A DNA stretch of 62,654 bases, the filler included, from Diploschistes diacapsis (lineage: Eukaryota): NCBI GenBank assembly GCA_023645945.1. It is 4 parts of 4 records of this genome, joined end to end, with 100 filler letters (N's around TTAATTAATTAA, not from the genome) between each part and the next. Parts side by side here need not be neighbours in the genome. Positions count along the whole stretch, not along the records: positions 1 to 15,652 come from JALAIB010000543.1; 3 more parts are not named here. The stretch is one strand, 5' to 3'. Positions 1 through 10,555 of the stretch are shown piece after piece (the stretch's first letter is position 1; the number at the start of each line of letters is the position of its first letter). Both the position numbers and the translations under genes were made by a program. The notes below the pieces were generated by a model that saw nothing but the letters and a program-made list of their open reading frames with translations, made no database searches and was not told the origin of the DNA.

Positions 1-18
1 TATATATATATATATATA
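1..18. repeat. (TA)9 microsatellite at window start
   Basis: Direct reading of positions 1-18. Confidence 0.9.
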
Positions 19-376
19 GGTGCGTGGCTGTGGCAGCAGGTGGTAGATGTATGTAACCCCGGCAGGCCTTACAGATGCTGGCTGGCTGCCTGTGCATAGA
101 ATCTTTACTTTGCGTATATGGTATGGCTGAAATGCGCAAACTCTATGATCAGGCTACACTAAATTCATTCAGGCTTGAAACATAGCGTCGTCCTCCATAT
201 CAGCCTTTCAGATGTAGATCTCTGACCGCAGCTGCTTACGCCTGGTGTCTACACAACAACGTTTCTCTGCCATGCACATTCCATTTGGTCTACATCAAAT
301 ATAGGCATTCGATCTATTAGCTTGATACAAATTACTGCATGTAAAAAAAATAGGAAATCCATCCGACCTTGTCATT

Positions 377-1354
377 ATGGAGAACGATGCGCCACACGTA
401 ACGGATGTCGAGTCTTTTGAAGAGGGGGATCTGGACCCGAAGAGTATTTTCAATTCTTTGTGCGCGGCCAGTTCAGACGGTCATTTAGATATCGTCAAAC
501 AGCTTTTAGAAGCATGGCTGGAGTCTCCGGATCCTCAGCCCCCACGGTATCCAGGGGACCCACTCTGCAAGCTCCAAAGGGCTCTGGAAGTGGCAGTCGC
601 GAGTGACAAGTTGGTCATTGCGGCCTACCTGCTGGAGAAAGGTTTCCGCGTCACCCAACAAGTTGTCGAGCCTGCCGTGGAGAATCATTCAATAAGGGCC
701 CTCGAGCTGCTACTGCAGCACGGCTGGGACATCAACGACCGCTGGCGCAGGTTTCGCTTACCCTCTATCTGGTGAGTGCTTTTCAGCATGTTCCCTCCTT
801 TCCTCCACAATCTTCTCTGAGTCGGTACTTTACCCTATTTGCTAACGCATGCCTGCAGCGTCGCCATACGACTCTCCTCTATGACCCTAGTGACTTGGTT
901 CCTCGATCACTCCGCCTCCGCCAATCTGAAACCAAATTCCTACAACCCCTCCACGCCGCTGAGCGTCGCCGCCTCGCAGGCTTCCTTAGAGATCAACCGC
1001 CTCCTGATCTCCCACGGCGCCGACGCCACAATCGGTGACGTCCTTTTCTCAGCCATTCGAAGCTACAGGAGCGAAACCGATCGAGAGCCCGTAATTAGAT
1101 ACTTGATCGAGGCGGGTGCACCCGTGAATGCTCTCCGGTATGAGAACAATCCAGGGAAATTGAAGGTTGTGCTTGCAAGACATGGTGTGGTGGAGACTCC
1201 GCTGCATATGGCAGTGAAAGAGGGAAAGTGGAGGCTTGCAAGAGTATTAATGGAGTGTGGAGCGGATTGGGCGCGGCTGGACTCGCATGGAAGGAGTGCG
1301 AGAGAGGCTGCAAGGGAGAAAGGGGGAGAAGGTATGCTAGAGGAAATCAAGTGA
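377..1354 (+). CDS. Ankyrin-repeat protein, 2 exons (377-771, 859-1354)
   Basis: Ankyrin motifs ASSDGHLDIVKQLLE, TPLSVAASQASLEINRLLISHGAD and TPLHMAVKEGKWRLARVLMECGAD. Intron 772-858 (GTGAGT...GCTAAC...CAG) joins the two ORFs in frame. Confidence 0.85.
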
Positions 1355-1939
1355 GGATAGATATTGCGAGAGCTATACAGATTTTGCTGGCTGACGACTG
1401 CCGGAAGTTAGAGGAGGATAAGGCTATGCATACCTATGTTTTCACGCCAAGGTACAATGAGGGAAAAGGGCAAGATTCGTCGCATACACGGGCCTGCCAA
1501 AACTTCATGCGCTGCTCACAATATTATATTCTCTGTTCAGATTACTGCATAACTCGGTGTTTCTTCAGCTTCGCCCTCATATAGGGTCATAGTTGGACAG
1601 CCTATACGGCGAGCTTAACACAAAATTTTGTATTCGATGAAGCATGCAAGTATAGATTAAGGTCAAACAAAACGTCAGCACTCAAAAAGGTTCACCTGCG
1701 TAGGATTGGAACCGCTTAGTCATCCATCTTCCAAGGGACAAGAGCCTCAACGCGCTTGTGAATCTGCTTGACATGGGAATGTTATGCACACAAACTTTTG
1801 CCACCATAGTAAACCCCAAAGCGCGAGGTGCTGCGGGAACTCTCAGTCAGTGAATGCAGATGCGTTGGCTGTGCGGGAGCAGTGTAAGACCATCAAGGCC
1901 GCAGCGCGCAATGTAGCCCCAAGTGGCGGATTCAAAAGC

Positions 1940-4900
1940 ATGGGGTCACGACTCGAAGCTAACTCCTCCGCTGTCCGGAAGCGCATCGAGAAGCACAAGT
2001 TCGAAGGCGACACAGGTGATGAATATGGAGCCTCCAAGTTCGGTGGCTTTCCTGAATACTTCCGGCGAAAGAAGATCAAGCTCCAGAACCGGGATGCCGC
2101 GCGGAGAGCTGCTACTGACAAGCCGCAAATCTTTCGCGGCGTCGTGGCGCATGTCAATGGTTATACGCAGCCGTCGCTGAATGATCTTCATGACATGATC
2201 GTTGATCACGGAGGAGGGTTTCTGCAGTATCTGGACGGCAAGACTATGGTAACGCATGTGATCGCGAGTAACCTGACACCTAAGAAGAAGATCGAGTTCC
2301 GGCAGTATCGCATTGTTAAGCCGGCATGGGTCGTTGACAGCATCAAAGCTGGCCGGCTGCTTCCTTGGAACAGTTACAGAGTGGTAGATGAAGGCGCCAA
2401 GCAGAATGTCCTGGGTCTACGAGAAGGTAGCGTGGTCAGCCAGACGAATACGCAGTCTGCTGGATATCGAGAACAGACGGATACAAGCTGGTATACCAGC
2501 CAGATCAAAGATTCAGCTAGCCGACTTAATAAAAATACAAACTCGGAAGTGTCATTTCCAAGCACCCAACTACCTGCAGGAGTACGATCATTCCCAAGCC
2601 AAGAGTTACAGGAATATGATATCGCCGACCTAGAGTTGATGTCCTCAGTAGACCTCGTGAACACAGACTCTGGGCGGGATCCCGAGCAAAAGAATTCTGA
2701 CCAATCAGAGACTCGTCCGATCATAACTGAGAGAGATCTTACGCAACAAGGGGTGGAGCCATTAGGCACTGAGAACCCGCCTGCAGAAGTCAATCCTAAT
2801 CATGGTGGTATGTCGGTCACTGAAAGTCCAATTATCAACGAGGACCAACTAGTTGACCATGTGGAGCGCGAACTGGGCGATGCAGAATACGGGAAGCGTA
2901 ATATGCCCTCAGAGGACGATCTGAATAACGAATTTGAGACTGCTCCAGATATAAACCAAAGCGCTACTAGGTCCGAGGAGACTCCTATGGTTGAAAATAA
3001 TGCCAACGTTGCTAGCTCAAGCAAGAAAAACGTGTCGCCCTCGAAGAGAGCCCTTACGGCGGAAGAACATAATGCAGTTCTCTTAAGCGATCCAAAAACA
3101 TGGAAGTCCACGGTTGTCAACCCTGGCTTCCTTAAGCAATACTATGAGGAGTCTCGCCTCCATCATCTATCACATTGGAAGGCAGAGCTAAAATCCCAGA
3201 TGCAAGCGTTGGCGGCAGAGCAGTCATCGTCGCAAAAGGCGCGCCGTAAGCGTCCTGCAGGCGCTCGCAGGTATATCTTTCATGTGGACTTTGACAGCTT
3301 TTTCAGCGCCGTATCCTTGAAGTCCCACCCTGAATGGGTTGACAAACCGGCAGTTGTTGCCCATGGCGCTGGCTCTGGCTCTGAGATTGCAAGCTGCAAC
3401 TATCCTGCTAGAGCCTTTGGAGTCAAGAATGGCATGTGGATGAAGGCTGCCCAAGAACTATGTCCGGACCTGAAAGTACTACCTTACGACTTCAAAGCTT
3501 ACGAGGCTGCGTCAAGAGACTTCTATGCCGTGGCGCTTGGCACTGGCGGCATCGTCCAAAGTGTGAGCGTGGACGAAGCGTTGATTGATCTAAGCGTTGC
3601 CTGCGTTGAGATCAGTGGTAGTGATGGAAAGGGGGTGCATGAGGGCAGTGTCCACCGAGAACAAGCTAAAGCAGAAGAAATCTCCCAAGACATTAGATCC
3701 CAAATACGCGCCAGGACCGGCTGTGAAGTATCTGTTGGTATTGGTGGCAACATTCTTCTCGCCAAAGTTGCTTTACGAAAAGCAAAGCCAGCTGGCCAAT
3801 TTCTGATCAAACCGGACGCTGTCTTGGATATCATCGGCGGTCTCACGGTTCAAGATCTACCGGGTGTAGCCTGCAGCATAGGCGGCAAACTGGAGGAAAT
3901 CGGCGTAAAGTACGTGAAAGACATTCGGGAACTCACGAAGGAGAAGTTGATGAATACATTGGGACCCAAAACTGGCGAGAAGCTATGGGACTATTCTAGG
4001 GGCATCGACCGAACGGAAGTTGGTGATCAAGTGATCAGAAGATCGGTTTCTGCTGAAGTCACTTGGGGTGTGCGGTTTGTGAATCAAGAGCAAGCAGACG
4101 AGTTTGTCCGGTGCCTCTGTGAGGAACTGCAGAAACGTCTGCTGAATGAGGCTGTCAAAGGCCGTCAGTTTACGATGAAGATTATGCGCAAATCGCCAAA
4201 CAGCCCGCTTGACCCGCCCAAACACCTGGGCCACGGGAAGTGCGACGTCCATAACAGGAGTGTTGTGCTAGGCGTCGCTACCAATGATTGCAATATCCTA
4301 GCTCGCGAAGCCATCTCGATCATGAAGGGCTATGGTTTTCCACCAGGGGAACTGCGTGGAGTTGGGGTCCAAATGACAAAGCTGGAGCCGCTGAAGAAGC
4401 AAGCACCGCTATTGAGCGGCAGTCAAAGGCCACTGCAGTTCAAGCAACCATCGAAGCCACTACAACAAGATGCGGAAGATATAATGGACAGTCCACAGAA
4501 GCCGGAAAAGTATATTGTGCATCCAGCTGCCGCGCTCGCAACACCGGGGCCTGGGGACGAGCCAGCATCCTTGCTCAACACCACCGGGACTCAGTTCATC
4601 CTACCAACCCAAGTAGACCCCGACATTCTAGCAGAGCTGCCGGAAAACATCCGCACCCAGCTCGCACGAAAAGGTTCGGCGCCAGTCTTGACCAGTCCCA
4701 GGCAACCGAAGCTTACCTTCAAAGACGGCTCAAAAACCACCTCCACTACCCCCCCTCCCCCAGAGCATCCAATACCTACAGCCTCTCAGCTCGATCCCGA
4801 CACTCTCGCCGCTCTGCCGGACGACCTACGCGCTGAAATACTAGCCCACTACCACAAGTCTCCTTCCAAGCCTTCCCTCACCCCCACCAAGACCGCAAAA

Positions 4901-5602
4901 CAAGCCGTCCTCCCACAAACCCCTCACAAAAACCGCACAGTAAAACCTTCCGCAAAGATGACGCCCACTAAGCCCAAACCGGGCCTCCTAGGTCGTGGCC
5001 GCGGCCGACCAAGAAAGACGGAGTCCAAGTCCACGCTCGCGCAGGCGAACTTCAACCGGCACTCTGAAGGCGAAGCTCCCGGCTCCGCATCCAACGCGAA
5101 GGCAGACGACGAGATCTCACCAGAATTCCTGGCGGCCCTGCCGGAAGACATACGCGCGGAGGTGCTCGAGCAGCAGCGCCGAGAGCGTCTCAAGAAAAGT
5201 GGGCTGGACATGGCAGCGAACCGAAAAAAGGCTCGGCCTCCGCCAGCGCCGTACGTGGCGAGGACGGTGGAGGTGCCGGAGAGGCCGCCACGGCCGGCAT
5301 TCACATCGGCTCGGCTGACGAGCTTGCCGGAGCTGAGGGAGGCGGTGAGGGCCTGGCACGGGGAGTTTGCGGGGGAGGAGCCGAATGAGGAAGACGTCAA
5401 GGCGCTAGGGGTTTACCTAGGGAGGGTGGTGAAGGAGGAGGGTGATATGGGGAAGGCGGTTGCGCTTGTAAGGTGGTTGGAGTGGGTTGTTGGACAGGAT
5501 GAAGGTGGCGACGGGAAGTTGTGGGACGGGGCGGTGGAGGAGGTTAAGGTGGCGGTGCAGGCGGCTGTTAGGGAGCGGGCCCTTGGGGAAGTCGTGTTTT
5601 GA
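1940..5602 (+). CDS. REV1: DNA repair protein Rev1 (Y-family deoxycytidyl transferase), intronless
   Basis: N-terminal BRCT (IFRGVVAHVNGYTQP...VKPAWVVDSI), N-digit SRLHHLS, catalytic HVDFDSFF and SVDEA, UBM repeats (LAELPENIR, LAALPDDLR, LAALPEDIR), Rev1 C-terminal domain. Start inferred at MGSRLE (1940); the ORF extends upstream to 1784. Confidence 0.95.
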   Translation: MGSRLEANSSAVRKRIEKHKFEGDTGDEYGASKFGGFPEYFRRKKIKLQNRDAARRAATDKPQIFRGVVAHVNGYTQPSLNDLHDMIVDHGGGFLQYLDGKTMVTHVIASNLTPKKKIEFRQYRIVKPAWVVDSIKAGRLLPWNSYRVVDEGAKQNVLGLREGSVVSQTNTQSAGYREQTDTSWYTSQIKDSASRLNKNTNSEVSFPSTQLPAGVRSFPSQELQEYDIADLELMSSVDLVNTDSGRDPEQKNSDQSETRPIITERDLTQQGVEPLGTENPPAEVNPNHGGMSVTESPIINEDQLVDHVERELGDAEYGKRNMPSEDDLNNEFETAPDINQSATRSEETPMVENNANVASSSKKNVSPSKRALTAEEHNAVLLSDPKTWKSTVVNPGFLKQYYEESRLHHLSHWKAELKSQMQALAAEQSSSQKARRKRPAGARRYIFHVDFDSFFSAVSLKSHPEWVDKPAVVAHGAGSGSEIASCNYPARAFGVKNGMWMKAAQELCPDLKVLPYDFKAYEAASRDFYAVALGTGGIVQSVSVDEALIDLSVACVEISGSDGKGVHEGSVHREQAKAEEISQDIRSQIRARTGCEVSVGIGGNILLAKVALRKAKPAGQFLIKPDAVLDIIGGLTVQDLPGVACSIGGKLEEIGVKYVKDIRELTKEKLMNTLGPKTGEKLWDYSRGIDRTEVGDQVIRRSVSAEVTWGVRFVNQEQADEFVRCLCEELQKRLLNEAVKGRQFTMKIMRKSPNSPLDPPKHLGHGKCDVHNRSVVLGVATNDCNILAREAISIMKGYGFPPGELRGVGVQMTKLEPLKKQAPLLSGSQRPLQFKQPSKPLQQDAEDIMDSPQKPEKYIVHPAAALATPGPGDEPASLLNTTGTQFILPTQVDPDILAELPENIRTQLARKGSAPVLTSPRQPKLTFKDGSKTTSTTPPPPEHPIPTASQLDPDTLAALPDDLRAEILAHYHKSPSKPSLTPTKTAKQAVLPQTPHKNRTVKPSAKMTPTKPKPGLLGRGRGRPRKTESKSTLAQANFNRHSEGEAPGSASNAKADDEISPEFLAALPEDIRAEVLEQQRRERLKKSGLDMAANRKKARPPPAPYVARTVEVPERPPRPAFTSARLTSLPELREAVRAWHGEFAGEEPNEEDVKALGVYLGRVVKEEGDMGKAVALVRWLEWVVGQDEGGDGKLWDGAVEEVKVAVQAAVRERALGEVVF

Positions 5603-7187
5603 AGGGAACTGGCAGCAGAATAGACTCGGTGCCCATGAGTGTCGTTATACGGGGTGCTATAGCTCACGTCGACCTGCACGTGACCCATCTCCAAAGGGAG
5701 AAAGGTGGCCGGTACCCGGATATAGCGAGTTGCCTAAACCCTCATATCGGGCTGCAATCCCAGGACTGGATTGGCGAGAACAGCCGCTGGGCTGGAGAGA
5801 CATCCATCGACGCAGAGCCGAGTGTCAAGAAGCACCCGGTGTCTCTTCTTGTTCAATTGGGTATATAAGGCTCGAGACCGATTGTGTCAAGGGGGCTATA
5901 CAAAAGGAGTACTGGTTCTACAGGGCATACCCGAAATCCTGAAATGACCAGATATCCACCCAACATCCCCCAAATGGGGGCGCCATAGGTGTACCCCAGA
6001 GGGTCCAAGCAGTACAGCCGTAATGCCTTGGTCGAGACGAGCAATGAATCATGCCAAAGCAAGATTACAGGATGTCTCTCTCAGCTCGATTTAAGTTATC
6101 TCGACGGGCGGAGTGTGGCAGTTATCTCTAGCAAGCCGCACTACACTCTTGGAAGGCTATATAACTACGTGCCTAGGTGTATACGTGTATACCTGGTGGT
6201 CATCAACGTATTGCATTGCGTAAAACCAACGTTCTGAGTTCGAGATCACCCATTTCGGATTATACTCCCAAGAGCCCGGAGCGTCTTGTTCCGTATGAAA
6301 AGCATCCTGCGTTGTTGCACGAAGTCTCTTCCTCACCAGTGCATAACGACCTTTTTGTCATGCCTGCCCGCAAGCCCGCAGCTCATATTGCACTGCAAGC
6401 TACTGCGCCGCTCTCCAGGCGCCGACCATCTCCCACCTCACTGGCTTTGCTTGGATTCCGCTCCGAGGGCGAGATTGCGCCCATACGTGCGCCTCAAGCA
6501 ACTCTGCTTACGATAATCTGGGCATGGTAGGACAGACCACAAGGCTCCCATGCGTGAAGTGCGTTCCCATTCGCACGGGTGACGAGCACTTCAATCGGCT
6601 TGATGCTGTGCAGTCAGTGCCATCGACCTGCTTCTGGCGTAGACGCAAAGAACAAAAACAGTGGCAGGATGATCGCCGTAAATTATCTTTTGCCTCTCGA
6701 TAAAAGGCCGCCGCAGATCTGCAGCTCTATTTCTGTCACATCAACATTTCGTGACTCAATGGACAGATCTACAATATGCAGTCTCTGCGCAAGGTGCGCA
6801 AATCTTGCGCAAATCTCAACGTATTGGGTGGGCCAGTCGCTATTGAGGCTTGATCATGGCTGTACCCACGACAGTTATGTCAAACCTCATTATAGCTGTG
6901 CAAAGACGCTTGCTGGCTAGACGATGTTAACTTAAGTCGCCGCATCTACATCACGGAACGACTTTGCAAGAAACAGTCGACAACTCATGTACATCGCGCC
7001 TGCTACAACAAGCGACCAGCTGTTCAAGGCTGATATCTACTAATAGCAACGGACCTCCGGTTCTCTTGGATTCACACTGACATTTTTCTCACTCGAATTG
7101 GGAATCAGATCACGGATAGCCTCGTTATCAAAATAAGGCCTTCTCACTACTCTTTCTTTGATTCTTTACTTTATGCAGGATTCTATC

Positions 7188-8330
7188 ATGTCTACATTGA
7201 ATCTAAATGACAATCAGGGCCCAGCTTTGCGCACTTTGTTGATTGTCGTGATTATTATTCCTACTCTCGTGATTATCCTTCGTTTTTGGTCAAGAGCTAT
7301 TCTACCTGCAGTCACGAAGTCCAGGAGCCCGGTAAGGTTTTGGTGGGATGATTGGGCAGCCCTAGTTGCAGCCTGTCTTAACCTGGCGTACTGCGGCATT
7401 GGCATACGACTGATCCAGCTAGGAATTGGGAGGCATGTTGAGGTTGTTCCTCCTGAGAACATCACTCCTCTTCTTATGTTAGTCTGGGTACAAAACTGGA
7501 TCCTCAACACGGGCACTGCAGCAGCTAGGGCATCGGCGCTTTTCCTCTACGCACGCATATTCAGCCATACCAATAGCCGCTTTAAGTATGCTTTATGGAC
7601 TACGCATGCTTTGAATGTGGCTTGCTGTATTGGGAACACTATCGCGGCTGCCTTCGAGTGCCTCCCTGTCGAAAAGGCTTGGATGCCGGAGCTCCCTGGC
7701 ACTTGCCTAAATCGACGGGCCCTTTGGCTAATTGACTTCACCTTAATGCTTGTTGTCGACGGACTGATCCTAGCTCTTCCTTTACCAAAGCTTTGGCGAT
7801 TACAAATGAAACCAATACGCAAGTTACTCGTGTTCTGTCTATTCGTTTGCGGTTACTTTTTCCTCGCGGTCTCCATTGGGGTCGTGGTAAGCGTTCTGCA
7901 AACTGGACAAAGCCTTCAAGATGATCCTACCTGGTACATTGGACTTCCTGGATTCTGGATTTCGTCTGATATTACCTGCGCCCTGATCGATATTAGCCTG
8001 CCCAACATATTCTTCCTCCTTCGATATGCATATAATGAAGGTTCCCAATCTTTACTCAGCACACGCCGCAGCTCGTGTAACTCGAAGCCGAAGCCTATCG
8101 ATCGAAACCCCAACTGCTTGGTCGGCATCCGTGCGGGCCCCTATAATGGCGCTGCGGAGTTGACGATGTGTTCGTCAGACTCTCTGCGGAACGAGCCCTT
8201 CAAAGAAGCCGTGTCTAACTATCACATCGCCACGATCAGAGCCTCCCCGAGTGGCCTATGGCAGCAAGAAGATATAAAGCAAGCTGGAAACACGGGCATA
8301 CACGTGAGAAGTGATTTCGCAGTTTCATGA
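7188..8330 (+). CDS. PTH11-like (fungal rhodopsin-domain) integral membrane protein without CFEM, intronless
   Basis: About 7 hydrophobic segments; family motifs LRFWSR, WWDDW, GIGRH, FECLPVEKAW..GTC and D.LILALPLPKLWRLQM. Confidence 0.8.
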   Translation: MSTLNLNDNQGPALRTLLIVVIIIPTLVIILRFWSRAILPAVTKSRSPVRFWWDDWAALVAACLNLAYCGIGIRLIQLGIGRHVEVVPPENITPLLMLVWVQNWILNTGTAAARASALFLYARIFSHTNSRFKYALWTTHALNVACCIGNTIAAAFECLPVEKAWMPELPGTCLNRRALWLIDFTLMLVVDGLILALPLPKLWRLQMKPIRKLLVFCLFVCGYFFLAVSIGVVVSVLQTGQSLQDDPTWYIGLPGFWISSDITCALIDISLPNIFFLLRYAYNEGSQSLLSTRRSSCNSKPKPIDRNPNCLVGIRAGPYNGAAELTMCSSDSLRNEPFKEAVSNYHIATIRASPSGLWQQEDIKQAGNTGIHVRSDFAVS

Positions 8331-9230
8331 AAAAACAAAGGGCAGGGTTAACGAAGGCTACAACCAAGGTCTTAACCGAGCCATAGCTCACTTTCGAAAT
8401 CGTAAAGACAAAACAGCTTCAAGCATTACTGGTGAGGGATGCAGTTTGTTGTGGATTCCCCAAGGCAAAGTCGAAATAACCAGCATTCAAAGCCTAGATT
8501 TGCTTGTCTACCATTTAGACGTTTAAATGGATGGATGAGTTCCAAAGATGATGGAATATATTTACTATTGCGTGTGTTCACCTCGGAATTTATTATTATT
8601 CATAAATGCAGGCTTCCTCCTTCCTCTTATCAGGTATCTCTCTTTTCACTTGTTTTCTCGCATGAAGCATACTTCATCTCCAGCCCTATGGTTCCATAAT
8701 CGTAATCCCGTAGCTTTCCATACTCATCATCTTCAGCTGACCTGAACTAAATGACCATATCGGTCACCGAAGTTCCTTCTATGCCTAAAGGTCTGCCATT
8801 CCCCATCCAAACCAAAGCACAGCAAAACATGCATCAACAATATCCCCCTCCTACGCCCCACACTGTATAGAAACCTTGAAGCCCGCTCATCATCTCGGCG
8901 TCCCATGCGCACACACCACCTCCTCTTCTCCCTCCCTCCTCTCCGCCGCATCCAAATACTCCTTAGGATCCACCATAGGGATCTTCGCTCGTGTACAAAG
9001 TATACTCATTTCCTTCTTTTCGAATTTCAATAGTTGGTTAGTTGAAAGATCAGCCCCAACTAAGCTCATCCCAAAAGTCTTTGTTGATCTCACTAGGGGA
9101 ATTCCCAATATGTATCATATATCAGACCTACTACGGAGCTGGGATTCCTCGTGAACGAATCTATCTCGGCCATTCATGAATAAAAACCCTTTCAAATGGC
9201 CATTCTTTTTTTTTTTTTTCACTTTTTAAA

Positions 9231-9770
9231 GGGCCCACATACGATGCAGGATATACGAGAACTTTGGTCTGCACTGGCGCTTCGCTCGCCGTCCTAGGTA
9301 TGGTTTTAGCAAGCATGGTTCCTACCTGCTGTGAAGTTTTCCTTTTCTTTGCTCAAGGATTCAAAAGCGGTATTGATCTTGTTGGGTGCTTATTCCTACC
9401 TGGGCCAACTACCGTGAGTTGATACTTCTCCCATTGACGAGCACCAGCTGTCGGGGAGTCGCTTCGCTGGCACATAGTGGATGCGAGGAAACCCCCCAAT
9501 GTGATAGGAAGCGAGCTGATTGGGAGCTAGGCGGCGTTATATATCCTCTGGTCGTTACCGTTCTTCAACCAAAGATGGGACTTGGATGGGCAACACGAAG
9601 AAGTTCGTTCATCATGGCCGCTACTTCATTGTTCTCGCTTCCGATGCTGAGGCAGAAGAAAATACCGCAGGCTCAGCTTGGCCTGTAGGACGCTACACCG
9701 TTCAAAGACGTGCCATTCATGCTATCCTGTTCAGCTTCCATGTTCGGGTTCATGGTAATATAGGCATACA
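9231..9770 (+). pseudogene. Degraded MFS monocarboxylate permease (Mch5/MCT-like) fragment
   Basis: Manual translation GPTYDAGYTRTLVCTGASLAVLGMVLASM..EVFLFFAQG..GCLFLP..VS*YFSH*RAPAVG, then GGVIYPLVVTVLQPKMGLGWATR..L*DATPFKDVPFML. Stops at 9420, 9435 and 9686; both termini missing. Confidence 0.75.
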
Positions 9771-10555
9771 GAAAGAGGGAGCGACCTCAAGGTAGTCCGC
9801 GAGCAGTAACGAACGAGCAGGGCAAGTCGCGCCATTCCGCCTATTTTACACAATCGTATATACGACAGTCAATACTTACACAAATTTTTCCCCACTAGCA
9901 GTGGATAGGACGCACAAATATAGCTCGCTCCGAAGATCAAAACCGGAATATTCTCCCCTACGCCATCGTGGCTGGGCCATGGCCAAAAAAACTGGAACAG
10001 GGACATTCCAAACCCAACCCGAGCCGAGTATACGACTGGATACAGGGCATCCGAAGACCCACAGGCTCAGTGGAGAGAAGAATATGGCCTTCCAGATTGT
10101 CAGCTTCTCAGCTTTCCTCTCCTTGAGTATTCCCCCACGTTTTAGACGAACAGCTTATGCTTCCATATGTTTTTAGTGCCCAATTAGGAATTCGAAGGTT
10201 ACCGTTAGGCTATGGAGAACAGAACGGAGAAGTGCACATTACTCTGTGTGCGCACTGCTTCAGTGGATTGCTTACAAAGTCTTCCAAAGCGGTGTAAAGC
10301 TTCCCATGTCATGGGTGGGGGCATACCCTCCACAAGCTTCTTGGGCTTTCTCACATCAGGATAGGGATGATGGCACTTCAAGCAGGTAAGTAACAACTGC
10401 TCGGGCTACTTATCGCAACACAGCTTGGACAATGGAACAGTCTGAGTATTGGCTGAGGGCCGGATTGTGAAAAGTCTTTTGCGACTTCCGGTATCTATCC
10501 GAATGCTGCGGCGTGTAGAAAAAAAAATCTCCAGATACTTGCTACATGCTTGGTA

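Noticed and set aside
5650..7100. Short ORFs between REV1 and the PTH11-like gene
   Set aside because: No family motifs or consistent splice structure recognised by eye.
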